A stretch of 64,000 nt of DNA from Octopus sinensis. Taxonomy: Eukaryota. Made by a program: the position numbers and the translations under genes. The notes under the pieces were generated by a model that was not told the origin of the DNA, searched no databases, and saw only the letters and a program-made list of their open reading frames with translations. The stretch covers positions 24,366,001 through 24,430,000 of the forward strand of contig NC_043016.1 of NCBI RefSeq assembly GCF_006345805.1, written 5' to 3'. Shown piece after piece: positions 26,007 through 38,829 of the stretch; position 1 is the first letter of the stretch; the number at the start of each line of letters is the position of its first letter.

Positions 26007-26157
26007 CTGAAAAAGAAGAAAAAATAATTTGCAAAAAAAATTTATCTTTTATGTTGACTAAAAGGAACAGAATTCAAATTTCAGCTTCTATTTGTTATGG
26101 ATGGATACACAACCAAGCATGTATGAAAACTTATCACCTGGCACAAAGCAAAACTTA

Positions 26158-26625
26158 CTTAGCAAATTGGCAGAATCTTTAAACTATCAGGTAGAATGTC
26201 TCATGGTATTTAGTCTGACTATCTGCACTGAGTTCAAATCCTGCTAAGATCAACTTTGCATTTCAACTCAGATTGAACTGCAATAAAACAGCACTGATCA
26301 AGGGTAATGGGTTGGTTTACTAGCAAATTGGTGGAATCTTTAAACTGTCAGATATTTAAACTGTCATGGTATTTGGCATGACTATCTGCACCAACTTCAA
26401 ATCCTGCTGAATTCAACTTTATATTTCAATTGTACAGACTGAACTATAACAAAAAAGGCACTGATCAAGGGCAGTGGGTTGGTTTACTTAGCAAATTGGC
26501 GGAATCTTTAAACAGTCTGACTATTTGCACTGAGTTCAAATCCTGCTAAAATCAACTTTACATTTCAACTGTACAGATCAAACTTCAACAAAAAAGGCAC
26601 TGATTAAGGGCAGTAGGATGGTGGA
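26158..26625 (+). repeat. Tandem array of three ~160-bp units derived from a SINE family A head
   Basis: TAGCAAATTGGxxGAATCTTTAAAC...GAGTTCAAATCCTGCT...GCACTGATCAAGGG starts near 26160, 26319 and 26488. Confidence 0.8.
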
Positions 26626-26667
26626 ATTGTTAGAAGATCAAATTAAAGGCCTTTTGGTATTTGACCT

Positions 26668-27145
26668 AAGTCTTGGTACCTTTAACAGAGCCCACTGTTG
26701 CAAGCATTCAAGTCAGGTCTCCAGTCAGAGGATATCTCTCTGACTTATTCTTACCAATCCAATCTCAAAGATTTTGTAAAGGGTTGTAAACTTTACTTTC
26801 CCTCTTGACTAAAAGATAAATTTCTTGTATTACATTCCTGTTATGTTAAGCATTTCAATGTATAAATATTATTTATCTTGTCTGACATAGCAACTAGCAA
26901 TCCCTCAAGTCTTGGTACCTTTAACAGAGCCCACTGTTGCAAGCATTCAAGTCAGGTCTCCAGTCAGAGGATATCTCTCTGACTTATTCTTACCAATCCA
27001 ATCTCAAAGATTTTGTAAAGGGTTGTAAACTTTACTTTCCCTCTTGACTAAAAGATAAATTTCTTGTATTACATTCCTGTTATGTTAAGCATTTCAATGT
27101 ATAAATATTATTTATCTTATATGACATAGCAACTAGCAATCCCTC
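26668..27145 (+). repeat. Near-perfect tandem duplication, 2 x 239 bp
   Basis: 26668..26906 matches 26907..27145; I found only two differences (cttgtctgac versus cttatatgac). Confidence 0.93.
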
Positions 27146-27269
27146 ATCAGTTAAATTTTTTAGGAACTGCTTATAGAAGTTTAAAAAAAAAAGACAATGA
27201 GCACTGTCATTTTTATAGAACCAAAAAAAAGTGATAACAATTTCAACAATGTAATATTTGGTTGTTTAA

Positions 27270-27489
27270 CCCTTTAGAATTTAAACTGGCCACATCAGGC
27301 CCTAATATTCTACCTGTTTTTATTTTCAAACTGGCTAGAACTGACCTCCCAGCCTACACTACAATGTCAGTGTAAAAATAAACAATCACATCATTGAAAT
27401 CTTGAAGCTACAAGATAATGCATGATTAATTCAAAACTATTTGAATAAATAAGTATTACATTTGACAGACTAATGTGAATGCTAAAAGG
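27270..27489 (+). mobile_element. piggyBac-type MITE, family 2 copy
   Basis: TTAA|CCCTTTAGAATT start; internal sequence similar to 33750..33961; right end degenerate. Confidence 0.8.
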
Positions 27490-27994
27490 ATTCAGACATT
27501 AATTCCACAGTATAATTAAATTTAAACTTTCAAATACTTAGATTACTAATGAAATTTTATCAAGACATTTTAATTCTGAATCCAACAAATTATGACAAAA
27601 TAGTCCATATTTTGACCTCAGTTATACACCATTTCAACAGGAATTAATTATTGTTACTTTGTTTCCAATGTGCTTAATCAAACTAATAAATGACCATGAA
27701 ACTAATTACATCAGATTTCAATATATTCAAATCTTACAAGTAGTTTTAGTAGAACAATATTGACTATAATTCAAACTGAAACCATCAAGAAAGCATGGAA
27801 AAGAAAGGAATTAATACTAAATATTCCAAAACTTAGTTCAACATTACACTTATATTTTATAAAAGAGTACAGGTACGGCTTATAGGAGTACCATAAGGTT
27901 TCAAATCTTTAGTTGCCAGAATAGCAATCTAATTGACTGAATCTGTTTTTTTAATCTAAGTTTAAATTTCCAGTATAATTAAAAGTATAAAAAC

Positions 27995-28105
27995 CTGTAA
28001 ATGTGGCCAAGCAGCTTCTAGAGTTGGTTCATCTTCCTCAGGATCAAATTCAGCTCCACTGGGATTTGAGGAAGGTGGTAATGTTCTAAATAAATTTCCA
28101 GCAAA
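27995..28105 (-). CDS. PPP2R5D: B56 exon: [37 protein letters not shown] (acidic loop)
   Basis: ttcag acceptor, gttttt donor, 111 nt, phase 0 to 0; near-invariant B56 motif. Confidence 0.98.
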
Positions 28106-28839
28106 CTGAAAAATAACAAAAATTTTTCAATATATTTTTTTTATATATACACACACACATACATACATACATACATACACAATCGTCATCATCATGAATT
28201 TGTATTTGATTTTGAATAGCTAAATATCTGAACTCAAAGAAGTTTCTATTCCAAAAAACAAAAAAGCATTAAAACATGGATTAAGTAAACTGCAACAAAA
28301 ATTTGACTTAAAATATAGCTCTAAATTCTGAAATCAAATAAGAGAACTGTAAAAGGGCATCTATGATGTTGCAGTTTGTTATGCATCTTTGGAAGCTGAT
28401 GAAGGATGTAGAATGCGTTAATCTAAAGAAAGCTTAGAGTGCATTACATCTTTAAAAGATAGCAAGAGTGATTAGAGAGCATGTTTGCTAGTACTTGTGC
28501 CAATTTTTGTATACAAAAAGTCAACATGACATGGGTAACAGATGTTAAATACACACACACGTGTGTGTGTGTGTGTGTTTATATATATATATTTGATTTA
28601 ATACTGAAATTTGTATTTTTCACAGAGTAACTGTGGAAAACATGAATTTTAAAAATGTAAAGAAGTTTAAAAATTAAATCTTATTTGCCATAAATGTCTA
28701 AGTAATAATACAGCATACTGATATTTGGTTGATAATTTCTGACATTAACCCTGGATCACAGGAGAAGGATTCTATTAAGGTAATGAATTGGCAGAGTTGT
28801 TAGAATGTCAGACAGGGCATCTCACATTATTTATTACAA

Positions 28840-29310
28840 TTCTCTACCTTCTGAATTCAATCCTTTCAAATTTTTTAAACTTTCAGTGGTAAGGGGCCCC
28901 TGAAAGAGGTCTCATGGAGTAGTGTCCCTGCTTTCCTGAACTAGTTTTCTATCACATTTCTTAAAAAATCGTGGTAGAGGCCTTGGTCTCGGGACCACTC
29001 ATGTCTAGAAACTGAGGTTGGGGGTAAGCAAGGGCATGCTCCCCATAGAAAATCCAGCTCCAAAAAAGCCACATGATAGCAAAGGAGAATGGGCACCAGC
29101 CAGCCCAAAGGTTGAGGTGGGCTGCACCTGCCTACTTCGAAAAGGAAGGTGAAAACCCTCTATATTGGAGGGTTGGCTTGAGAATGGAGAACACCCCAAA
29201 CCGGGCAAGATGGCGAGATGGTGTGAGGGCAGTTGCTATGACATTGAGGTATTCTGGCCACATCCGTTAACAGGCACAAAACCCCGCTTTCAAACACTAG
29301 ATGATGATGA
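28840..29310 (+). mobile_element. Short RTE-related element (5' UTR-like segment joined to an RTE 3' end, (GAT)n tail)
   Basis: GGGGTAAGCAAGGGCATGCTCCC segment, then ARWRDGVRAVA...CTGGCCACATCCGTTAACAGG...ACTAGATGATGATGA. Confidence 0.55.
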
Positions 29311-29596
29311 GTGGTCAATATAATAATAATAACAATAATAATAATAAACTATCCAGAGCAGTGTATTAGTGGTATCAAAGGTAGTAATAAACTTAATCCA
29401 TTGCTCAGTTTAACATTACCGCCTTAGGTACTTTAGCAGAGTCCACTCTGTTGCAAGAATTCAGCCACACCTTTGGTTTAAGGGTGCATTCCTCCCTCGT
29501 AACAATGGATCATGATGGCCTGTAACAGACCTGGGACAATGCTTTTCCTTCTGACTAAAGGAGAAAAAACCCCAACAAATGACTGGTATTCTATGC

Positions 29597-29760
29597 ATCA
29601 TCATCATCATCATCATCATCATCGTCGTCGTTTAACGTCCGTTCTCCATGCTAGCATGGGTTGGACGGTTCGACCGGGGTTCTGGGAAGCCAGAAGGCTG
29701 CACCAGGCTCCAGTCTAATTTGGCAATGTTTCTACAGCTGGATGCCCTTCCTAACGCCCA
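29597..29760 (-). mobile_element. SINE-like family C 3' part
   Basis: Same tail sequence as the 47278 and 47954 copies. Confidence 0.8.
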
Positions 29761-30863
29761 GAGAATAAAAAAAGAAAGTGTAAATGAGCAGAATTTCAAC
29801 TCAACACATACAAAGATGTAACCAAAACCTGCAGGGAATTTTGTCTGATGCTCCACTAGTGCTGAAAGTTGTCCTTAACAAGGATATAGATTATGATAAA
29901 AGAAAAGTTATGACACTGATGCAGAGATTAAAAACCTTTGGTGTTAACTGACTTTCTTTGTTCATAAATCAAATATCTTACAACTACTAGGTACAAGAAT
30001 CAATATTTTCATAGGTGACACAAAACATGCAGCTAGCAACAATATTAGAAGCAAGTTCTTGGTTACTATTTCACAATAATAAATTAGAAATAGTAACACT
30101 GATTTGAATATTTTAATGTTCTCTCTACTATCAGCTATGTTTGATAAATTAAGGTTTATTTGCAGATATAGTTTTAGTTATTTATTTTTATTTACACTAT
30201 GTTCTAACAGATCAGTAGGTTTTTTAAAATAATGGATAGATAAATAAAATATAACACTGTTAGGTATATTGACCCTTTTGTTGCTTTATATCCCTATTAA
30301 AATACACAGCTCTGGTTTCAATTTTCAAAATACCGAAGAATTTTGTAAAATGACAAACTAGTGTTTGGAACATAAATTAACATGGAAATTTTGAAGGAAA
30401 GTTTTAAGTAAACCATTTTAAGTCTTTAACTGAGAAATTAAATTTCAGATTATTACAGTAATGATGTCTAGCAACCAAAAAATAGAATTGATTTTTGTCT
30501 GCAAGTCACATTAATTCAATGAACTTGTTATATCTCAACAAAAAACAGTTTCAAACATGACAATCCTCAACAAATGATAGATTGGTATATCAAACTGCTT
30601 TCTGCAGTTAAAAGTAATGAAATTTTGAGTGGATATATCTGATTTCCGCAGTAAAATGATTAAACAGGAAGCTTGTATCATAGAACCAGGAGTATCTCAA
30701 AAGGGTTAGTGTCCAATATGCAATCTGACAGGGTCTTTTTTTTTTTTTTAGATATAATTTAGCAAAATGCAAAAAAGAAAAAAAGCAATATAAATAAGCA
30801 AGCCAGGAAGAAAATTCTTACAATATGTATGTAAAAAATTAAAAAGTTACTTGAAATACAAAC

Positions 30864-31063
30864 CATCTGTATTGCTTCAGGATATATATGTTCAGTCAAT
30901 ATACCTCTGTTTTGTGAAACATATTCTACCATTTCATTTAAAGCAGCCCGTTTTACTTCTTTCCATTTTAAGTCACTTAGTGGGTCTTGTACAAAGTCAA
31001 ACAAAACACCACACTGCTGGATTTTTTGGATGAACAGCTGTTCGCGTTCAGTCAAAGGAGCAT
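30864..31063 (-). CDS. PPP2R5D: B56 exon: (D)[66 protein letters not shown]
   Basis: tttatag acceptor, gtttgt donor, 200 nt, phase 1 to 0; part of the supplied ORF 30759..31073. Confidence 0.97.
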
Positions 31064-33127
31064 CTATAAACATTCAAATGTTAACTGAAAATATTGTGAC
31101 AAAACATTTTCATAAATGGGAATATCTTAAGAATAAATAAAAAGAAATATTTTTCTTGCACCATATGAGAATTTTAAATCCTGTCATATGATAAATAGAT
31201 CTTTTCAGCTGAAAATACCTTAAGAATGAATTCAAAACAAAATGGAAATATAGTTTGGTTACTAAGTCTATTTTAGAACTATAATACTAAACATTCACCA
31301 CCTTACACTATCTCCCTATTTTAAAAATAAGATTTTTTTGTTCTTTTATCTTTTTAGAAGGTTTAAATTTGTTTTTATGCATTAGAAAGTAGCCTAGATA
31401 AATAATAACACATTAACTGACCAGCTTACTTTGCACAGTAATATATTTTGATTGAGACACAAATATATCTTTTAATATTAAATACTTGTATAAAGTAAGC
31501 TGACAAGTGAACATGTGACAGATTTAGTCTTCCTTGTCACTGGTATATTGAAAGTAGGATAAGGTAAATAATAAATACACAACTATCTAGCATGTGACAA
31601 AAGCATTTCATGGCAAAGTATGCTGCAATTACTTCCTATCCAAAAGTGCAGTATTGTGTTTCTGCTGGTTGCAAACGTTTTGAGAAAAAAAAGTGGCTAC
31701 CAGACATCAACCATCAGTTGTAAAAATCCAGCTGTAATGATATGGCTGCTCTAGGATGAAAGAGACACGTTTGTTCTTATTGAGGAGATTGGCTAATTCT
31801 TCTTTCTGTTCTTGGATGTTACTTCAGTAGAGTTAGGAATAAAAGAGTAACACATGTTGGTGAGTTAGTAAGACCAAGAAATTTTCTTTGCCTTCATTGT
31901 GACATAAATACAAGAAATTCTTAAATGTTGTTCACTTTCTCCTCCAGTGCACATATTCCTTCTTTGTTAGCAATAAAAGAACACCATTTACTTGGAATGA
32001 TGACTATGCTGTATACAATAGAACAAAGAATAATCAGATGTTCTTGCTGTTCCTCCTCATATAAGATGGGCATAGACAAAGGTAACTTTTGGATATCCAG
32101 GTTTTACGAACTCAAGAGGCATATATACAAACTTGTTGAGTGCAAATGGTGCTGTACTTGCCATTACGTTGACTCATTGTACCGATATCTATCAGCATAC
32201 TCTTACAAGAAGACTTGTGCATCATCAAAAGAAAAAAATGCCAAGTACAGTATCATATAACTGTCTGAAGTGGAATCAATTTTGAGTGCGTGAGATACTA
32301 AAGGATGCTAGTTATCTAGTTTCTTTTGAGAGAACATATATGCAAGAGAGATAAACAGATGCTACAGGCAGTGAACCAGTGAACAGTGAAGCCATGGAAT
32401 ATTGACATTCATGTACACACACATACACCTACAGTGAGCTTCCACACAGTCTCTGTTGATCATTAGCTCTCATAAGACATTGGTTGACTCAGGGCAACAC
32501 TGAGTTAGAAGAAGGTCTAACATTGGGACTAAACCCAACAGCTTATAGTTGAGAAGTGAACTTAATAACATGTCCATGGCTACAACTTGAACTAGTAGTG
32601 CTGCTGCGAAAGAAATTTGTGAGGTACTATCATTGAATTATTCTTCAAAGCTGTTGCTAGAGTTACCAATACTGAAATTATGCAAGAAATTTTGTGAATG
32701 TGTATCTACATATGTAAATGTGTACATACAAATAAGTGTGAATGTGCATATTACATATGATGTGACAATCCACTGAAAGCATATTTTCAATTAAGAAAGG
32801 CAAATAATTTGATTGATCAGAAAGGATAACCACTGTCTGGTGAGTGATTAAAACTCATTTTACCTGTGTGCAATCATATATGATGAGAGCATGTAGATGA
32901 TGTAATGTCAAACATGAAGCATTCACCTTAATATGAAGTAATCACTGTAAGACATGTTTGTTTCTTAGCATTGTTAATCTACATGTCCTTAATCCTATGA
33001 TTTCAAAATCATTACATCAATAAAATTATGCAGTATTTCTCAACTTAATATGCACAAAAATGTCAGGAGCAAATACATACACACACACATACATACATAC
33101 ATACATACATACAGATAAGACACTTAC

Positions 33128-33190
33128 AGTAATGTCTGCCAATACTCAGCATGATAGCTAAATAGTATTTCTAATGATAGCTGATGCAAT
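33128..33190 (-). other. Candidate 63-nt cassette exon with an in-frame TAG followed by an in-frame ATG
   Basis: tgtttacag acceptor, gtaagtg donor, phase 1 to 1, 85-nt upstream intron. Reading: (D)CISYH* KYYLAI MLSIGRHY(Y). Confidence 0.35.
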
Positions 33191-33275
33191 CTGTAAACAT
33201 TTAACAGGATAATAGCAACAGAAAATATTTCAGGTATTAAAAGTTACGAATGTAATCAAAGTATTATATACAAAC

Positions 33276-33444
33276 CCCTCATTGGTGTTAATTTTTGCAG
33301 TTCTCGGTTTTTAGAAACACTGAATCTTGAAGAATTTTGACGCTTGTCTTTTTTTATGTGTGCAGGACCTGAGTATTTTATTTTTGTTAGTTGGGTGGTA
33401 GGAGGATGATTTTCAGTATTCGCAGAAGCTTTCTTTTTGGCATT
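33276..33444 (-). CDS. PPP2R5D: B56 exon, delta-type N-terminal arm: [56 protein letters not shown](D)
   Basis: Acceptor ttttcag, donor gtttgt, phase 0 to 1. Resembles the human B56delta segment PPPTQLSKIKYSGG...[16 protein letters not shown] (recalled). Confidence 0.92.
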
Positions 33445-33749
33445 CTGAAAAATAGGAAACCGTATTGATTAGTATTCAAATAATATTCCAAAATATTTCA
33501 GGATTTAATGCATATATTAAATGGTCCAGCAAACAATAAGTAGATATGGCTGATGAAATACATTATGGTATTTAGTTTCATTTCCTTTCTTGCTCAGTTC
33601 AAATATGAATTTCATCTTTCTAGTATTTTGAGAGAAAAAACTTCCATTGATATATTGCAGTTGATTCGAAAAGCTAGACTTTTAAGAAACCTAGCAATAA
33701 AAAGAAAAATAAGGAAATAAATTTACAGAAATATATGTTAAAATTTTAA

Positions 33750-33961
33750 CCCTTTAGTATTTAAACCAGCCACATCAGGCCCAAATACTCTGTTTTATGC
33801 TCAAAGTGGCCACATCTGGTCTCACACACTTACCCTACAATGTCATTTTAAAAATAACCACATCATAGAGATCTCAAAGCTACAAGATGGTGCATGATTA
33901 ATTCAAAACAATGTGAATAAATAAGCATAGCATTTGACAGAGTAATCTGAATGCTAAAGGG
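33750..33961 (+). mobile_element. piggyBac-type MITE, family 2
   Basis: TTAA|CCCTTTAGTATT ... AATGCTAAAGGG|TTAA, 212 bp. Confidence 0.85.
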
Positions 33962-35348
33962 TTAACATCGATACATTTTTAAAACTCTTTGAAACAACAA
34001 AACTATGGTTAGCATTAATATTTTTAACTTGGTTTATAGATTAGCTAAAAGTGTCATTTTCATCTGTCTTCTTTTCAAGACTCTCTTTCTTAACAGATAA
34101 TACCAATTGTTAGTAGCTATTTATTTCTATTGCATATCCATTCCTTATGAAACATCTTTCATAAACCTTCAATATACTTTTAAAGCCTGCAGTGAATTAT
34201 GCAGAAGAAATCTTTTTCCTCTCTAAACATTAAGACACACTGTTCTTATGTCAATGTTCATTATCAATTAGATTATTGTTATACATTTTCAGGTATTTAA
34301 CCCTCAAACTCAATGTTAACCCAACCCGCCCCAACCCATCCCTTCTTCTTGACCCTAATTAGACAAGTTGAATATTATCTAATAATTTATCTCCTACAAA
34401 TTCCTTCTTTGTTAAATGAAAGGAATAATGTCAATCTCCCTAAGTGAGAGCTTCTCACAATAAAATAGGATGAGTAACAATATAGTTAATATAAAAATAA
34501 ATACAATTCAAGAATACATATAAAAGACAATTCTCTATACATCAATGGTATCGCCACATGCAACTGTTCATGCAGAAGGCTTGAAGCAGAAAGAAGTATG
34601 GAAAGGCAGGAAGAAAGAACACTACAATGATGAGATAGGAGAAAAATTTCTACCACTGAATGGATGTCATTGATCTAAAGTATACTATCCACTGAAGTAG
34701 AAGCTAACAGTGAAAATGTATAAAAAATCAACAGGTGCTTACAGCTACAATTTTCCTTGGTTTGAATGTGAAAATGTAAAATTTTGTGGACAAGATTAAA
34801 ACTATGCAATATTAAGAACAGAGTAGTTTTGTTTGTATATTAAAGGTGTTTTGAAGAAATTGCTGCTGTTCTTCAGTGACCATGTTTTGGTGTAAATATT
34901 TCCAAATTTAGTATATATTTATTCAATAAGATTGTACAATAAACAAAGTAGCTGACAAAAGACATCAAGTTGTTACATAGGCAGTGTAGGTTGTCAATCA
35001 TGAGTGTCAAAAGATCACTAATATAAAACATCTTAATATTGTGTAAAATAAGTGCTTCATGCCATACTTTTAGAATACGCTTCCTTTCCCAGTAAGTTCA
35101 ATACTTAAGTAGGAGCTAATCCATTTAATGCTGACTATTGTAAATTTAATTAGAGAAATTAGAAGCAAACTAATATTCTCAATAATTAATATTTTAATAA
35201 TTTTGGCAAGAATGGGAAACAACTTGGGACATGTTCTGGTCTTTTTAAACTTTCTCAGCAACGTAAGACTTAACTGTGTACTTCCCAAAATAGTGATCTA
35301 ATCCAAGATTTATGATAACACTTCCTTTTTTTCTAGTTATATACTTAC

Positions 35349-35386
35349 CATTTCTTATAAATAATCCTAGCTGATGATACATCCTC
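35349..35386 (-). other. Alternative candidate 5' exon ending in ATG (would give M-NAKKKAS...)
   Basis: Strong ATG/gtaagt donor in phase 0, with in-frame stops just upstream; acceptor (aaactag) is weak. Confidence 0.25.
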
Positions 35387-38300
35387 CTAGTTTTCAAAAT
35401 TCAATGTTTTCACTAATTATAAAACCTGAATGAGGCTCTAGTACATAACTTCTTCCTTCTACTTGAATTTGTAACAGTGGAACCTAAGACTAAAAGAAAA
35501 CAGAACTGAAAATGATGATGCCAATCCTCTAGGTTTTGAATTCTAATAGTTATTATCACACAAGATATCCTATCTGTAGATATCCTATTACAGTACACAG
35601 CATTCTTTATCTTGGTGAACACCAAAATGGAATCCACTACCATTCCTCTCACATTTTTTTTTCTTAATTTTATTACAAACCTTTTATTTTATTTTTTTTT
35701 TTTGGCCAGATCCTTCAATGTTCAGTCCTTTCAATCACCTCATTAACTAACAAATAGCTGATCATTCCTCACTTGGGCACAAGACCTTGACTTTAATTTA
35801 GATACTCTTTTTTACTGAATAAGAAAACAAGAAGTTGACCCCAACCAAAATTCAGTTCAGAATATAAAGCGAAAATAACCAAATACTACAAAATTTATCC
35901 TGTCACCTTAACACTTCTGCCAATATAACAAGCCATCATAAAATATAATACTATTCATTCAATAAATTTTAGCATTTTCATTACCAAACTCATTATACCT
36001 TGCTATTTCTTTCCAACCTTCATTTGATTGTATTTTTCAATCATGTTTAATACTTTCATGTCATTCGCCTTCCTCCCACTTCAGTTTCCAGTCCATATTC
36101 TCTCCATTTATGTATTTTGCACACTGAACTCATAACTGCAAATATAAGCTCTCCATTCAGACCCTCTAGCCAAAATTTCACCCAATTCTTTCCTTCCCAC
36201 ACTTTCATTCTCTGGAACTGTCTTCCTGCCAACAGTCATCTACAGGTAAGATGTTCAAACTTTCTCATTACTCCGAGAAGCCCACAACTATCATGAGCAA
36301 CTGGCACATCTCTTTCGACAAACTTTAAAAAAATAAATAAACATCTAGTCGATAAATTCTTTTGAATACATCCCTCAGCATTTTCAGCTGGTCTACTGCT
36401 CACAAACAACACAAAGTTTTCAAACAGTCTTGAAACCCTCACAATTCATTTTTGTGAGTATTCTGCATATATTAAGTAGAAAGTCTGATTGACTTTCTAA
36501 ACAGAGGAGATTTAACAGTACATCATCTAAAATTAGGTTGACATCTTTTTTTTTTTTAATACAGTTTATCGTATTATTATAAAATCTATTCTTTACAGAC
36601 CCTTTCAGTTTCTATAAATTCATTATATTGAACAGTTTCTCAATTGCTGCACAGATTGTATAGCTTTTGACTAGCGTATCTGCTCTAATAACTACTTGTT
36701 TCTTTTCTTATGTCTCAGTATGGTTACGTCACTGACTGATAATTTGTGCTTACAGCCACATTCCTCTTCTGCTGTTTATAAAAAGTCAATTTTGAGCAAT
36801 ACATAACTAATAAGCATATTGTTTCTCTAAACAATATTTCGCATCAAGATAATTCATGACACAGTACTTCAGAAGCCTAACACTTTCCACATTGCAGAAT
36901 ACGAATTCAATGTCATAAATTGCAGTATCTTTGACAATCTCTCAATAAGTTACCTTATTACTGGCATAAAAGGATTCCTGTATTGAATAGAAATCAATAA
37001 TCATCACCAGAGATGTTTTTAGCAGAAAAATTGATCTATTTATCTCCAGTGAAGGATAGAGTCATGTTAACAGAAACACTGCTAACAATACTTCATGAAA
37101 CAAGACTCATTTTTACCAGATACCTATAATTGTACTTTATAACAGCTCATTTTAAGATGATTTGAACAACATCTATTATAAACAGACCAACTAGTAAACT
37201 AAAAAAAAGAGTCCATCACAAACTTGCAGCTGCTGGTTCAATACATATGGAGTATGCTCCTGGTCAGAAATAACTTCTCCAAAAATATGCACAGCTGCTA
37301 TCTACATATGATAATACTCCAGTGTTTACAACATGACAATCTAAAACATTTCATTGAATATTGGCACCAACTTGGGCAAGTAAATGAGGTAGTCAAAGTT
37401 CAGTTTCAAATAAATTAATGTTATCTAAAAGTAACAAGGAAGTAGTTTGACAAGAAAAGGCTGAAAGATTTTACTGAAGCAGAGAATTTTAAACTTGTAA
37501 GCACTAGACTGAAATCATTAACCCTTTCTTCTGTTGAAATACACTTTTCAATAAATTAGGAAAATGCAGGATTTAAGACAACTCATTAAGGTGGTATCTG
37601 GAACCTAAATTAACATGAAATTTTGATGGAAGGTTTTAATTTAGATCACTTTAAACATGAACTTTGCTTCATAGAATCAATTGTTCCATGTGAGTTGACA
37701 TCAAAAAAGTTTTTAAAAAAAGATTGAAGATGAATGATCCATAAAACTCAATCATTATAAGTGCTGGTAAGTAAGGATATTTCTGAATAACTATGTTAAA
37801 GGATATATATACAGAAGATATTTACAATTGAATCAAAGGAGCCTTTCTTCAACTATCTGCTCAGCAGTATTAAGGTTTCTATCATCTGTTGACTTTTAAA
37901 ACCAACAGAAACATTATTGATGTAGATCACCAGACTTGAATCCTTTAATGACCCAAGTATTGAAAAATTTTATTCCTGAATTGTGTGCAGTTACTAATAC
38001 TTGCTACAACAAACCACTTCTTTGCATTAGTTGTATCAAGTCGCTAACTTTCAGGGTGACTATATTTTAGTAAAAGGTGATGTGAGAAATGTGCGATCAC
38101 ACTTTTGGAGCAATGACTGTACAAGAGGAATGCAAACAGCCAAAGAAACAAATGAATACATCCTGAAATTAGTAAACAATTAGCAAAGGTCAATCATGTG
38201 TCTTAATATATTCTAGAAAGTATGTGAATAAGGATACAACATAGTGTGAAATAAAATCTTGCCTACTGAATGCCTAAGTAGTGATGGAATAACAAGATAA

Positions 38301-38829
38301 GGAAAGCTAAGAAAGAAAATGGAGATTAAGGAAGAACAACAGGTTAGAAGAACGAAAATAGGATGTTAAAGCTAAGATGAAAATAAAAATTTGTAGTGAG
38401 TGATGTAGATGAAAGTGTACAGGAGAAATTTAGCATTAATCGGAAACCTACACCTGGATGATAAGCAAAAACAAGTCAATGACACAGAAGAGCTGCTCTG
38501 AGAGTTGAAAAATATGGAATTTCATAGCAATAGAGTTTTATCGCAATCAATAATAAAAAAAAACCCTATTATATACACTGAGTAAATATTGACAAGGGTA
38601 ATTTCTCACAGAGCATTCATTTGAAAATATTGTCTTTTAAGATTTTTAAGAGCAGGTTACCAATAACAGCAAGATATCTTACAACTCTTCTGTCTATGCT
38701 AATCAAAAATCTGTTTCAGAGACAAGATACAAAGTAGGACTAGTGAGGTAGAAAGTGGCACCTGAACTTATGTTAGCTATGAAATATGTTGGCTGTATGA
38801 TACGACTGACAATAACTTTGGTAAATGGA

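Noticed and set aside
26158-26625. Regular repeats as a CRISPR-like array
   Set aside because: Eukaryotic context, ~160-bp SINE-derived units without unique spacers, and no cas genes.
31925-32260. 111-aa Cys-rich ORF on +
   Set aside because: No recognisable domain, splice structure or TE motif; likely a decayed repeat.
36200-37400. Possible decayed hAT-like transposase on the minus strand (LDDVLLNLLCLES)
   Set aside because: A single weak motif with many stops; not enough to support a call.
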